Assembly: GCA_964016885.1 (NCBI GenBank)
Contig: OZ024742.1
Coordinates: 248,310,001 to 248,374,000, forward strand
Reading direction: 5' to 3'
Length of the DNA stretch: 64,000 nt
Source of the DNA: Eledone cirrhosa
Taxonomy: Eukaryota
The position numbers and the translations under genes are program-made. Below are positions 12,391 through 25,398 of this stretch, piece by piece (the first letter of the stretch is position 1; the number at the start of each line of letters is the position of its first letter). The notes under the pieces were generated by a model, which ran no database searches, was not told where the DNA came from, and saw nothing but the letters and a program-made list of their open reading frames with translations.

Positions 12391-15300
12391 TTACAGATAT
12401 ATACTCAGAGTAGGCCCATTCACTAGGGCCATTCTTGCTTCTCTCACCCATCTTTCAACAAAATGCTGGGAAGAGAGCACTTCCCTCTCTACTCTGATTT
12501 TCCTTTTCAAATGAAATTTGAAAAAGTCAATCAGAGCATCACCGAAGAGGTAAGTGCTCGTCTTCAGTCCTTTCAAACGTGTCCACCATACTATCTCTTT
12601 CGCCATGGCCACCAGACAGACAAAAACTGCCTGCCCTTCCCGGCTAAAGGAAGAGGGCGGGTCAATCCTCACGATGGACTCAGATGATAGCCGGATCCGT
12701 CCTACACGTGACAGCAGGTGTTCGACATAAACCCACAAGTCAGCAATGCTCGGACACTGGACGAGTGCGCGCAGGACGGTTTCGTCGCCCTGCGCGCATC
12801 TCGGACATGCCTAGCTGACGGCACCTCCATGCCTGTAGAGTTTATCCCGAACTGGCAAAGCTCCCCGGTAGCACTGCCAGGCCAGGGATTTCTGGAAGTT
12901 GTCCATAGGCCCCGGCCCGAAAGTCCGTCCGAAAAGATTGGCTAGTTGATTTTCGTCGACGCCTAGAGTTTCTCCAAGTACGTCGTCGCCCTTCCGCTCC
13001 ACTAATCCTCTATAGAACGCCAAGGTTCAGTTTCCACCGATCACATTGCCCGATTGGTCGAGGGCTGTGAGCGCCTGAAGACATTCCAGTCTCCAAGCGC
13101 TCCCTCTCGGTCTTCGCTTGACCCAGGATTGCAGCTCCGTCAAGGAGACGAGCTGGGGAAAGACGTGTCTAGCAAACGGCGACCACACCTGATCACCGTC
13201 GAGGAAGAGGTGGAGATGTCGTAGCCTGAGCTCGTGTCTGCGCATCATCAGCCACGGCATTCCCAGCCCTCCATGTAGCGGGTGTTGACAGCAGATGGAC
13301 CGCCTGACCATCGGAGCGCGTCCCTTCCACAAAAAGCGAAAGAGCAAACGCTCCAGCGCAGTCAGGCCGGGCTTAGGACAAGGTACGACGGTCAGGCGGT
13401 AGTAGATGACGGACGCAATGTACCCGTTAGCCACCTCCGCTCGACCTTTCAGGGATAGCTTCCTCTCCGCCTATTTCTGGGTGGGAGAAGCCACCCTGCT
13501 CGTCACCTCGGCCCAATTTTTGTCCGTCTGGAGGTCCGGACCGAACCAGACCCCTAGCAATTTAACCGGTCCGTCCTTCCAGCGCCATACGTCGCTGTCG
13601 GGCGGCATGGACCTGACTCTGCAGGTGCCGAGCTGCAGGCCCACTGACTTTTCCTGGTTGATCATTGCTCCTGTCACCGCTTCGTATTCTCTTAGTGTAG
13701 TGCCGATCGCCTTGATGTGTTTGGCGTTCGACACCACTACAGTGACATCGTCCGCATATGCTGACACGGATCTTCCTCATCCTAGTTCGCGCGGGACCCC
13801 CCTGAACATCTCCAGTTTGCGCAGTAATGGCTCGAGAGTCAATACGTATAAGAGGGACGAGAGGGGACATTCTTGGTGGACCGAGTGCATGATGTTGAAC
13901 GGTATCGAAAGGTGACCGTTCACTCTCACCACAGAGCAGATGTCGCTGTGAATGGCAGCGATCCAGCTTCTGAAGACGGGCCCAAAGCCAGCCGCCCTCA
14001 GGACTGCCCCTAGATAACGATGGTCGACCCTATCGAAAGCTTTCGATTGATCTAAATTGATCAAGGACCCACCCTTGACAGGTTCCCTAGCTACCTTTCC
14101 TACGATGTATCGCATGAGGTGGAGGTTGTCGCGGATGGATCTGTCGGGAATGGCGCATGTCTGCGCCTCTCCCACCAGATCACCAACGACAAGCGCCAAC
14201 CACTTTGCTAGCAACTTGGCCAAAATCTTAAACTCTGTGTTTAGCATAGTTATGGGACTAAAATGATATATGTTATACCCCTTGTTCGGCTCCTTTCTCA
14301 GCAGCGCCACAGCTCCTCGTCCCACAGAGCTGGGAATTCTCCCGTTCTGTTCCCAGTTGCAGGAGACGTCCGCCAAGAGGCCTCCGAACAATTCTGGCAT
14401 CTGTATGTAAAGTTCATAGGGCAGACCATCCAAACCAGGCGATTTATCCCTTGTGCAGCTAGTCATTGCCTCCTGTACTTCAGCGGCTGTTATCGGCTTT
14501 TCGCAACACTCCGCCTCAGTAGTCGAGAGCCGCGGCAGTCCATCGAGGAAGACACTAAAGTCCATCCCTCGATCCGGCCCGCTGCTGCCCCCGAACAGCT
14601 GTGCGAAGTGTCGCTGAAAAGCTTCAAACATTTGCCCGGGATCGAGTAGCATGCGCCCGTCGTGGCCCACCAAAGACCGAATCGTGGCTTTGCTGCCACG
14701 ACGCGCCTCCGCCAATCGGGCCCATTGAACGGCTTTCGTCCCCTCGTGTCTGAGAGTAAGCACCCTAGCTCTGACAACGCAGCCTTCGTGCTTTGCATTG
14801 AAGAATTGGTCAAGGGTCAATTTCGCCGCAAGTACGTCGGTCGCGATCCCTTTGCTAAGCGCCTCGTCTAATTTACTAACTAGTTCTCCCTCTGGTCTAT
14901 TTTTCTCTATTGCTAAAGCCTTACTAAACCTAATGGACTCAATTCTAATCGCTCTTTTCAGAGCAAACCACCACTTGTTGTTGACGATGGCCCCCGTCAA
15001 CGCCCGCTTAACTAGTTCGCTAATCCGGTCTCTGTAGGCCTTGCGCGCTGGTAAGGACGCGTTTAGCTTCCAGTAGCCGTGTCCTCGTCTATGAAGCCTA
15101 TCTAAGTCAAGCACACAGATCACGAATTTGTGGTCCGTGTAGCTGACTATCTTGAATTGTGGACAGCCTATGCTAGACCTATCTATTTCCCTACAAATTA
15201 CTCTATCTAGATATGATCTGGATGACCCTATGCGATTTGTCGAAGTCCACATTGGCACATTCGGGAAATCCAATCGGTACCTGTCAGAGAGTTCAAAACG

Positions 15301-15811
15301 CCTGATCAGGTTGGTGAGGGTCTTGCACCCTCCTCCCCTATCCGCTAACCCCACACAGTCCCAGCGTGAATCTAAGATCCCGTTCCAGTCGCCCACTAAC
15401 ACTAAAGAGCGGAACGTTACAAGAAAGGTCTCCAGACGCCGGAAGAAATCAGACCGCTCTGCTCCTGTCGGGGCATAGACGGCCACTAGCCTGAAAGCTT
15501 GCCCGTCTCCGCTGGTCACGTCCAGCACCATCAACTTACCTTCTGGGTCCAGGAAGATGGCCCGTATGGCGAGATCCAAACATCTCCAAAAAAGCACAGC
15601 AACTCCTCCCGCCGATCCAGGACGGCTGGGAGATGTGTACACATCGTAGCCGGCGAAGATCGGTGCGAAGGCCCGTGCTACGGAGATTCTGGTCTCGCTG
15701 ATGGCCACTACATCTATGTTTAGTGACCTGAGGTCGTTGAGCAGGTGGCCCTTTCTTCCATGACGACCTCAAGCCACGCGCATTTATGCTGCCTATTCTG
15801 AGTGAGGTCAT
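12391..15811 (-). pseudogene. Tx1 ORF2: apurinic endonuclease + reverse transcriptase + C-terminal Cys region, several frameshifts/stops
   Basis: IGSINARGL, AISET, VYAP, LVGDWN, SYLDRV, TDHK, GYWKLN, KSPGLDGLP, LDQSKAFDRV, QECPLS, AYADDV, GGLGMP, spread over several frames. Confidence 0.92.
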
Positions 15812-15849
15812 GTTGAAATGGAGTGGAAAAGTTGAGAAAGACCACTTAC

Positions 15850-17757
15850 CTTACTTCTCGTAGAGGAAGGATGGTTTCTCCATCCTTTTCACTGCCTGTG
15901 GCCTCCTCCGGAAGGATGTCCTTTTAAATCCTCCTGGAGATTGCTTTTCGGAAGTCTCCGATGTCTTTGGGGAATTTTTGTTTTAGTATCGTGTACGTTT
16001 TCTGTGTGATGCGAGTGATTTGTATGTGTGGAGGTGGTGTGAACTTTTTGGTTGTTGTGTAGTCTTTTTATGTGATGCTGGTGTTGTGTTGGATGTAGTG
16101 TAATAATTGGTTGTTGTTCGAATTTAATGCTGTGTAGAGTGTATCGTTTTGGTTGTTTTGTTTTGTTTGCGTTTGTTGTGGTTTTGTTTCTGTTTCGCTT
16201 TTTGGTGACTTTTGCGGTGTTGGGGTTAATGATGGTGATGGTGTTGGTGTTTGTGGTGATGGGGTTCGTGATGCTGGTGTGGATGGTGACATATCTGTCC
16301 TAAGTTTTTTTATGATAGTTTATTTGTTTCCCTCTGTATTTTGTTTTTGGAGGGGGAGGGAAGAGTATCTTTTCATTTTTGGTTTCTTTTTTTCTTTTTT
16401 CCTGATACCGTTTCCCACTCCTCGCCGTCACAATCTGTCTCCAGTTGTGATAGCCCGGGGAGTGGAAAATCCTACACAGGCGTTGGTTTTGGTTGTGGCG
16501 GGGTGGATGGTGTAGGCGCTGGTGCTAGTTCTGGTGCGTTGGGTGGTGGTGGTGTTGGTTTGCTACTGTTGCTGGGGTTGTTGCTGTTACTGTTGCTTCT
16601 GTTGTTGCTGCTACAGTTGTTGCTGCCATCTCTGCTGCTGTTTATGGTTGAGTCACTGGGGTGGGTAAGGGGGGTGGCCTCAACCTTTTAGCCTGAGGGC
16701 AGAAAGCTCTAAGGTGGGTTCCTTCCCCACAAACGACACACCTAGGCCTTCTGCCCTCGACGATTACGGTGAAGTGGCTGCCGTCAGTGAGGTCTATTAC
16801 CTCTGGGATCTTCTCAATGCTTTTTTGGTCCGCTTGGATCAGGAGCTCCATCCCAGATCCGGACCAGTTCTCCTGCTTTTCTTTCGCTATTTCGATTAGC
16901 TTGGTGTTGGCTTCGATGCCGGCGAGGACGGCAGCTATTAGCCAGAGAATTTCAATGGCCGGTGGAACGTGGGTGACCCTGAACTTCACGAGTCTCTGGC
17001 CACAATAGCTTGGGACGAGTGTGAAGTCGTCACTTCTTAATGAGACCATGGAGTGTTCTCTGGCCTCCTGTGCTGTTTCAAAGAACACGTCCACGGTTCC
17101 ATATTTCTGCCCACATCTGATGTGGGTTTTTTTTGCACACACATGTCCCAAAGCTTTTTGGATTTGGCACTCGGATGCCCGTTCCACTCGGTGCGATTTT
17201 ATGTTAATCGTCCGATAAGACACGGTGAATAGGCGCCGATGCTCCATTTTATTAGGGGGGGGGATGCTGCCCCTGTACCCATCTTTCTTTACCATTTTTT
17301 TGGCTTCTTCTAATTCCTCCTGAGTTACCTGGAATGCTTCGCACTGTTTTGCTACTCTGGCAAAACTCAGGGTGGTTTTCTTAATTTCATTGTTGCTGTC
17401 GTTATCGTTATTTTTGTTATTGTTAATTTTAGTTTCAGTTGTGGTGGTGGTGGCGTCAGTGGTGTTCGGTGTGGAAGAGTTCATTTTGGTTTAATTCATT
17501 TCGATATCACGAGTTAATTTATTGTTTTCTTTTGTTTCTGTTGGCGCTGTGGTAGTGGTGGGGGTGGAGGTGCTAACACCGGCAGTCATTGGTAATGGCG
17601 GGAAATGAATGTCTGCCTGAGACAAATTTAAAATATTGCTACTGCTTATATTTTTAGTGTTGGGAAACGTAGTAATATTTACAATGGTGGTGTCGGTGTG
17701 AGGTTTTAGTTTGTGAGGAAGGCTCTCAGCTACTGGGTTCAGCTGTGAGTCGGCCAT
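15850..17757 (-). pseudogene. Tx1 ORF1 (gag-like, CCHC zinc knuckle), disrupted
   Basis: VIVEGRRPRCVVCGEGTHLRAFC (CX2CX4HX4C) in ORF 16642-17484; upstream ORF 17491-17757 with FPPLP; low-complexity Q/P/T C-terminus; downstream limit approximate. Confidence 0.78.
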
Positions 17758-17967
17758 GATCTTTCAAAGAAACTTTTTGAATAATTATAAAAGTTTAAAT
17801 TTTGGGCTCAAGGCCCCAACCTTTTTGAGTGTCATTTTCAGAAATCAATGTATGTGCACTTATATACAGTTAACAATAAAACATTTCCATAAACGGCAAT
17901 TTTAAACAAGTGAAAATAACAAACCTTTGCGGAGCTCATGATAATACGATTTACTACGTAGGTGGCC

Positions 17968-18036
<69 letters not shown>

Positions 18037-18294
18037 GGAAGAATACGCATATGGTGAATAGGGTGTTATAGAATCGCTACCGTAAGTTTTTGATTTTTTA
18101 GATATTTAAAACAATTGTGATAGACTAATTCTTATTACAAATGGGACATTAGATACCAGTCTTAATTCTCAGGAAGTGACAACGCATAAAATTATGTCAT
18201 AGGGCTCCAATATTTAATATTTAATTTTGTATCAGAAATGTTATAGTAAAAAAAAAATAGTTATAAATGGTGACAAATGAAAGAAAATAGGCAA

Positions 18295-20835
18295 ATAATT
18301 TCATCACCAACATATTATCATAGAGGAACTGAAGCAACGCCTTGTAGCAAAGAGTGGAAAGATTAGGCGGTATGAGAGCAGAGTCAGTCAGTATAGACAG
18401 AACTGGTTGTTTGACAACAACCAGAAGATGTAGTTTAGACAGCTTGAAGGGAAAGAAAGAAGCAACGACGTGATCCCTGAGGCGGAACAGACTGAGACAT
18501 TATGGAGAGGAATATGGGAGCAGAATGTTGAACATAATGGTCAGGCAGTGTGTATTGAGACTACAAAAGGAAATTAGTGAACAAGCACACCAACAAAATG
18601 ATTTAAGTATCACAGTTGAAACTCTTAAAGGGCAGGCCAAAAAAACTAACCAACTGGGAATCACCAGGCCCAGATGGTGAGCAGGGGTATTCGATTAAAA
18701 ATATAACATCCCTCCACCCGAAACTGACAACCATGTTCAATGACTGCTTGATGTCGGGTGAAGTATCAGAGTGGTTGACAAAAGGTACCACAGTTCTGGT
18801 AATGAAAGACCGAATCATGGTTAATGATGTTACCAACTATAGACCTACCACATGTCTGTCCTTAATGTGGAAACTGTTAACTAGCATTGTGTCTGAGGAA
18901 ATCTACCATCACCTCCACATAAACGACTTGCTACCGGACGAACAGAAAGGATGCAGAAAGAAGTCCCGTGGTACAAAAGACCAGTTACTTATTGATAAGA
19001 TGGTAATGAGAAATTGCAAGAGGAGACACACTGGTCTTGCCATGGGATGGATAGACTACAAAAAGGCATTCGACATGGTACCTCATTCTTGGATAACCAA
19101 AAGCCTAGATATCTCCAAGGTGGCAGATAACATCAGACAGTTGTTGAGAAAAAGTATGAAGTCCTGGAAAACAGAGTTAACATCGGGTGGAGAATCCCTG
19201 GGAGGCGTGAAGATCAAGAGGTATCTTCCAGGGAGATAGTTTGTCCCCTCTGCTGTTTGTCCCTGCGCTGATACCTCTGACCATTATATTGCGAAAGGTG
19301 AGAGCAGGATACAAGTTGGGAAAAGGAGAGCTTACCATCAACCACCTCCTCTTCATGGACGATCTTAAACTTTTTGGGAATAGTGAGAAAGAGTTGGATG
19401 TACTTGTTGACACTGTCCGTATTTTCAGCAACGATATATGTATGGAATTTGGTATTAATAAGTGTGGAATCCTAGTGATGAAGGGGGTAAATTGAGCAGA
19501 AGCAACGGAATCTAGGTACCAACCGGTGAGATGATAAATGAAATTGACACTGAAGAAGGATACAAATATTTAGGTGTTCTGAGGCAGATGATATCAAGAA
19601 TCAAAAATGAAGGAATTGATAAGATCTGAGTACATAAGGAGTGTAAGGAGTGTATTAAAATCACATCTAAATAGTAGGCATGTCTAAGTGAGGTGAATTC
19701 TCGAGCTGTGTCTATTATTATGTACAGTGCGGGAATTCTGAAATGGAATGTTGCTGACCAAAAAGAAATGGATAGGAAAACTAGGAAGCTATTGACTATC
19801 TACAACATGTTCCACAAGAGGAGTGATGTCGATAGACTCTACTTAAAGAGATCTGAAGGTGGAAGAGGTCTTATCAGCATAGATGACTGTGTTCAGATGG
19901 AGAAGAACAACCTGCACAAATACGTGACTGACAGTAGGGTGCCAATGCTCAGAATTGTACTGAAGGAGAAGACAATTGACCAGGGGATGTCCAAGGAGGA
20001 AATAACAATAAGGAGGAAGAGCAACTTTCATGAAAAATCCCTTCAGTGTACCTTCTTTAAAAAGACTGAATTTAGAGATCCAGACATGGAACTGGTTAAA
20101 AAGAGACCTTAAAAAGGCTACAGAATAAATGCTAATGGCTGCTCAAGAGCAGGCCCTCAGAACGAAGTGGGTGAAACACCATATTTACAAGGAGGAGACT
20201 GGCCTACTGTGTAGGATCTGTGGAGAGAGAGAGAATACTGTGGCTCACATTGTATCCGAGTGTAAACACCTAGCCCAGACTCACTATAAAGGCTGGAGAC
20301 ATGATGTGATAGGCAGGGTGATCAACTGGCACCTATGCAAAGTAAACAATTTACCACATTCTGAGAAGTGGTATGAGCATAAGCCAGAGTCGGTGATAGA
20401 AAACGATCAGGTGAAGGTGCTGTGGGATTTTAGGATACAGACGGACAAGAAATTAGAACACAATAGGCCTGACCTGGTGGGTTTGGACAAGGAAAAAAGA
20501 TCGCCTGATTGTAGATGTAGCCTGCCCATTTGACACGAGAGTGCAAGAAAAGGATAGTGAGAAAATTAACCGATACCAGGATTTAAAGTGGGAGGTAAAA
20601 GGTATTTGGAACTGCCATGAAGTCAAGGTCGTCCCGTTTGTCACAGAGTTTCCAAGGATGGTTAAAGAAGATTAGTCCAGCCCCGGTTTTTGGAACACTT
20701 CAAAAGACATGCTTGCTGGTAACAGCAAGAACCCCCTCCAATACGACCTGAATATCTGAGGCTGAAGGTAGCGGCTTGATATTCATTTCAACAAACTTTC
20801 CAGTTAAATAACATCAATGACTGAGACTCAAAGAA
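18295..20835 (+). mobile_element. Degenerate R4/Dong-clade LINE (RT + RLE), second copy
   Basis: NWESPGPDG, NYRPTTCL, EQKGC, WIDYKKAFDMVPHSWI, HLLFMDDLKLF, CRICGE...HIVSEC, HNRPD; many stops/frameshifts; 3' UTR matches 12030-12105. Confidence 0.92.
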
Positions 20836-20840
20836 TAATA

Positions 20841-21044
20841 ATTGTTTCTACTTCTGGCACAAGGCCAGCAATTACCCAGTGTATTAAGAATATTAGTAAT
20901 AATTGTTTCTAATTTTGGCACAAGGCCAGCAATTACTCAGTACAATACTGGTACTTTTTTATCGACCCCGTAAGGATGAAAGGCAAAGTTGACCTCGGCG
21001 GGATTTGAACTCAGAATGGAAAGGGCCGAGTTCCCGAAAGGGAA
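20841..21044 (-). mobile_element. 5'-truncated SINE with duplicated 3' end, inserted in the Dong tail
   Basis: Reverse-complement SINE body; TCAAAGAATAATA repeated at 20828-20840 and 21045-21057 (probable TSD). Confidence 0.75.
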
Positions 21045-21514
21045 TCAAAGAATAATAATAACAACATATGTGTGTGTGTAAAAGCAACAACAATACAATT
21101 CAGAAAGAAAATTTGGTCGGGAAATAGAATATATTTAGTATTTCACTTCACCAACAAGAAACAAAGCAAATGAAAATTGTAATAAGCAAAATGTTTTTTT
21201 CGTAAGGTGATTACTCAGCGATATTCTAAGAAATGATTTCAAGTATTACATCACACCTCGAGAAAATAAAACAATATTTTAGGTATATTTGTCACAAGTA
21301 CATTGTGTGATTGTGTATAGTTACTGTATTAAAAATGCTGTGAATGTCGGTTTTAAGAACCTGAAAAATACACTTGCTAATTTCTTTGATATTAATGTGG
21401 ATATTGGTAGGTACTCTGAGGTTAGTATGTTTTAAATTCATCTATTTGTGTTGTAAGGACAAGAAAGATACTCCTCCTAAATTCTTCATGAATAATCTGG
21501 TAATAATCTTTTAT

Positions 21515-21728
21515 GCGGTGGGTTGGCATTGTCGGTAGAGCGTCGAACACTGTGCTTTGTGACATAGGGTTATGACCCTTTACGTTCTGTATTCAAATCC
21601 TGCCGAGGTTAGGTTTTTGCCTTTCATCCATACGTGGTCGATAAGATAAAGCTCCAGCAATGTACAGGGGTCGATACAATCGACATGCCCTTCCCCTTCA
21701 AATTGCTGGCCTTGTGCCTAATGTATAA

Positions 21729-21757
<29 letters not shown>
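21515..21757 (+). mobile_element. tRNA-derived SINE (diverged subfamily)
   Basis: gcggtgggttggca...ttcaaatcctgccgagg...ctttcatcc...gtcgataa...ctggccttgtgcc then (ATT)n. Confidence 0.8.
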
Positions 21758-21762
<5 letters not shown>

Positions 21763-21839
21763 GCTATATCATCACAATCATTTCCTCGACGGTGAAAAGA
21801 TGTGACCACCCTTTTCTAGACATACATATCCCCATGAAA

Positions 21840-23390
21840 GTGCGCCATTCCGAGATCAAGTGATGAGAGGTAGTGCACAAAATATCATGTCCAGGGCAAC
21901 CTAGATGATAAAGTGGGAAGCATTGGTGGATAAGGATGCCAGGACCAGGTATGCAGATATTATTGCATCCGAATTCAAGATGAAAAAACTGAGGAGATTG
22001 AGACTGAGTGGAGATCGTTCAGCGCAGCAGTTTCTGATGCAACTGTTAAATGCTGGGAGCGAGAGAGGCTTTGTGTGGCGCCGGATGGCAAGAGGACCAC
22101 TTCGTTCAATCAAGAGATGAGTTATGCCATCCAAGCAAAGAAGGAACCTTACAAAGCTTGACTTAGAAATAAGACTTCCTTCTTGCACTTGTGGTACAAG
22201 CAGGCACGGCGAATTGGAACAGAGACATTAAAGGCGTCCAACGTTAAGACATGGGAGGACTTTAGGGTTAAGCTGGAATCCAACTTCAGATCAGCAAATG
22301 AATTGTTCTGGCAGACCATCCGCCGACATCGTAGTAAGATCCCTCTTCCACACTTGCTCTCAGGAAGGTATCTGGAGTTCTCCTCCCTTCAGAGAGGTGC
22401 GCCCTCGCGAGATGGAGCGAATACTTTGTTGATCTCCTAAACACTAACACAGCGGCAAATTCTGATGTACACGAGGTGCATCTGGGAGGAGTGACTAATC
22501 TCGCAGAGGCTGACGTCACATAATCAGTTAGAAATCTCCAATGTGGCAATGCAGCTGCGGAAGATGAAATCCGGCCCGATATATTAAAAGACATAAACAG
22601 GAAAAGTATTTCCTGGCTGACTCGTTTATGCGGGTTTGCCTAGTACTCCGGAAAGGCACCCAAGCAATGGCACCCGGGAGTGGCAATCCCGGTTTTAAAA
22701 GAGGAAGACAAGGGAGAGTGTTCCAATTACAGAGGGATATCCTTGTTAAGCTCCCCGGTAAAGTCTATGCTAAGTGTCTGGCAAAGTGATGCATCGATAT
22801 TGTCCAGTTCATGCTAGCCCATGCTGGCTGAAAAGTGAGGGAAGGCTTCCAGAAATCGTGGGAGTATTTCCAAGAGGTATATACTTGTTTTGTCGTCCTT
22901 GAAAGGTATATGAGCATGTTCCTCTGGACTGCAGTGGAGAGTTCTGGAGGAATATGGCATCGATGGTCAGTTTCTTGTTGCCCAGATGTATCTATATGAA
23001 TGCCCGAGTATTTGTGTTCGCATAAATGTGGAAGTCAGATTCCCACAAAGTTTGCGTACTGTCCACCTTTCTTGTTCATTATTTACATGAACAGGATTGA
23101 CATGAACAGCCGGATTGGAAGTGGTATTATGACATGGCGGGTATAAAATCAGTCGGTTGAGTTTGCAGACGACATGGTGTTACGTAACACGACAGAAGGC
23201 GATCTCCGACTTGCATTCGATAGTTTGATGCCGAATGCTGCATGCTTTAACGAAAATCAATTTGCAAAATCCGAGATACCTCGTACACTCAAGGAGCCTT
23301 CGCTGTGCTCTTTACATCAAGGTGGTTGGATACTTCTGATAGAGGCCGTTCTAAGGAGTGTTAAGGGACTCTACAACAATGACCCGCACG
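21840..23390 (+). mobile_element. Highly degenerate RTE-clade LINE RT region
   Basis: WEDFRVKLESNFRSANELFWQTIRR, AAAEDEIRPDILK, NYRGISLLSSP, FADDMVL; many stops. Confidence 0.8.
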
Positions 23391-23391
23391 A

Positions 23392-23645
23392 GAAGAGAAG
23401 AAGAAGAAGAAGAAGAAGAAGAAGAGAGAAGAAGAGAGAGAAGAAGAAGAAGAAGAAGAAGAAGAAGAAGAAGAAGAAGAAGAGGAGGAGGAGGAGGAGG
23501 AGGAGGAGGAGGAGGAAAGAAGAAAAAGAAGGAGGAGGAGGTTGAGAAGAAGAAGAAGAAGAAGAAGAAGAAGAAGAAGAAGAAGAAGAAGAAGAAGAAG
23601 ATGATGAAGAAGAGGAAGAAAGAGAAGAAAAAGAAGTAGTAGAAG
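23392..23645. repeat. (GAA)n/(GGA)n purine tract
   Basis: Direct reading. Confidence 0.95.
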
Positions 23646-23788
23646 AAAGAGGAGAGGGGATGGGGACGGGTGGAGGGGGAATAAGCAAGTGAACATGTAT
23701 TTGGAGTCTTTAAGAAGATTACTTTACAATAATTTCATCTGTTTCAAGTTTGAGTGATTTTCAAAAGTTAAGCGAGTTAGAGAGTTTT

Positions 23789-24835
23789 ACAGTTTATCCG
23801 GGGGTTTACCTTACATATGATACATTTCATATTAGTACAGTGGGTTTTCTTAAAAGGGTAGGTTTTGCTGATCAGGGATTTTATGGTGGTTCCAGGAACC
23901 CACTGTACTAATAGGAAATGTATCATATGTAAGGTAAACCCCCGGATAAACTGTACAACTAGAAACGTAGTCTATAGCATAAGATGAATAGAGGGTACTT
24001 GCAGAAACACGACAACAACATACATAGGCGAGACAGTTGTACTGGGGGGAACTAAAAGGACGAAAAACGGTTCAGTACTATACGAACATGCCAGACAACA
24101 ACACGACGGTAACATAGACAACATAGAAATTAGAATATTATCTAAACATAGAAATGACCCAGCAGATAGGCAAATCAGAGAGGCCAGTGAAATAGAACTT
24201 AGAAGGCCAAGGCTAAACAGAAAGAATAAATGGAATAACAACAACATCCAAACAAACAACACTGACCTAAGAGAAGTATAAATAAATAAATAAATAGATA
24301 AATAAATAAATAAATACATACACAAGCACAATAACAACAAACACATATACTCACACACTAGTAAAGATAGAATACATTAACCAATACACAGTCACACAAT
24401 CACGAACACACATCAAACAAAACACTATACACACACGCAAACGCATGCGCAAAGAAGACAAAATAAAATAAACTAATAAATAAATATATAAACAGACTAA
24501 ATAAAGATGGCGTAGAAAATACAATGCAACGGGAGGAAACAATAGCACCACTAACGATGTTGCAGATGTGCAACGAAAGAACTTTGATAAACTATATATA
24601 TGTGTTTGTGTCTATATTGTATCTGTATTATGTTTGACCGTTGGTCAATCAATGGCAACATTGAGGACCGAATAAATTAGATTACCGATATAAAAGACAC
24701 AGAAGCGAAAAGCGAAAACCAACCAAACAGTGAGTGTGTTCTGTTATTAATTCTGGCAATATTACACAAATATGACCCTCCCAAAGTATAACAATATTTG
24801 TTATGACACACGATTTCATATCAAAAACCTCGCAA

Positions 24836-24840
<5 letters not shown>
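23789..24840 (+). mobile_element. 5'-truncated Penelope-like element (GIY-YIG + pLTR) with 5' inversion
   Basis: Plus strand reads THCTNRKCIICKVNPRINCTTRNVVYSIR...TYIGET...SVLYEHARQQH...RQIREASEIELRRPRLNRK; 23789-23848 inverted to 23898-23957; paralogs at 32915-33860 and 34660-35150. Confidence 0.85.
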
Positions 24841-24892
<52 letters not shown>

Positions 24893-24901
24893 CATAACAG
24901 A

Positions 24902-24992
24902 CGTGTCTGAAAGAACCCGCAGAAGTAGAATCAGCCAGATACATACACGGACCATGACTCGAGCTACATGCCGGCGAAACAATTGTAACACG
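24902..24992 (+). ncRNA. Hammerhead-like motif with long stem II
   Basis: CGTGT-CTGAAAGA-(about 60 nt, partly paired)-GAAACAATTGTA-ACACG; island between (TA)n tracts. Confidence 0.6.
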
Positions 24993-25043
24993 AAATAAAC
25001 TAAGTCCAGATGCATCACTGATTTTTCGTTTTCTTAATAATAC

Positions 25044-25100
<57 letters not shown>

Positions 25101-25271
25101 CAATATCGGAGAAAGCTTTTTAGCGATACTCCGGCCAAATTCCAACTCACTCAACAAACATTAGGAAATAAGTGATTATATTCCCAATTATGTGTTCGGG
25201 GTGCTAACTAAAAGTATTGCGTGGAAAATTGGCTGTATTATTTCAAATGAGACATATCTAATATATCTCTT

Positions 25272-25398
25272 CCCAGACGGACGTCTCGTTTCATTATAGG
25301 ATTCCTACAATTTGGGTGAAATTATACCAATTTATGTAGGAGCTTGTATACCATCAATGGATATATATTCAAGTGGGCTCCTATAATTCATCAGTGGG
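25272..25398 (-). ncRNA. Type I hammerhead ribozyme, canonical core
   Basis: CCCA-CTGATGA-ATTATAGGA...TCCTATAAT-GAA-ACG(AGACGTC)CGT-C-TGGG; GUC cleavage triplet. Confidence 0.85.

Larger units (their letters stand above)
12143..17968 (-). mobile_element. Apparently full-length Tx1-type (L1 group) LINE, about 5.8 kb, inserted in (TAA)n
   Basis: ORF1 with zinc knuckle, ORF2 APE-RT-Cys domain, 3' end ...AATAAAGAAATC(ATT)n; 5' end abuts (TAA)n at 17968-18032. Confidence 0.9.

Noticed and set aside
23174-23696. Lys/Arg/Glu-rich ORFs
   Set aside because: RTE remnant running into a (GAA)n/(GGA)n tract
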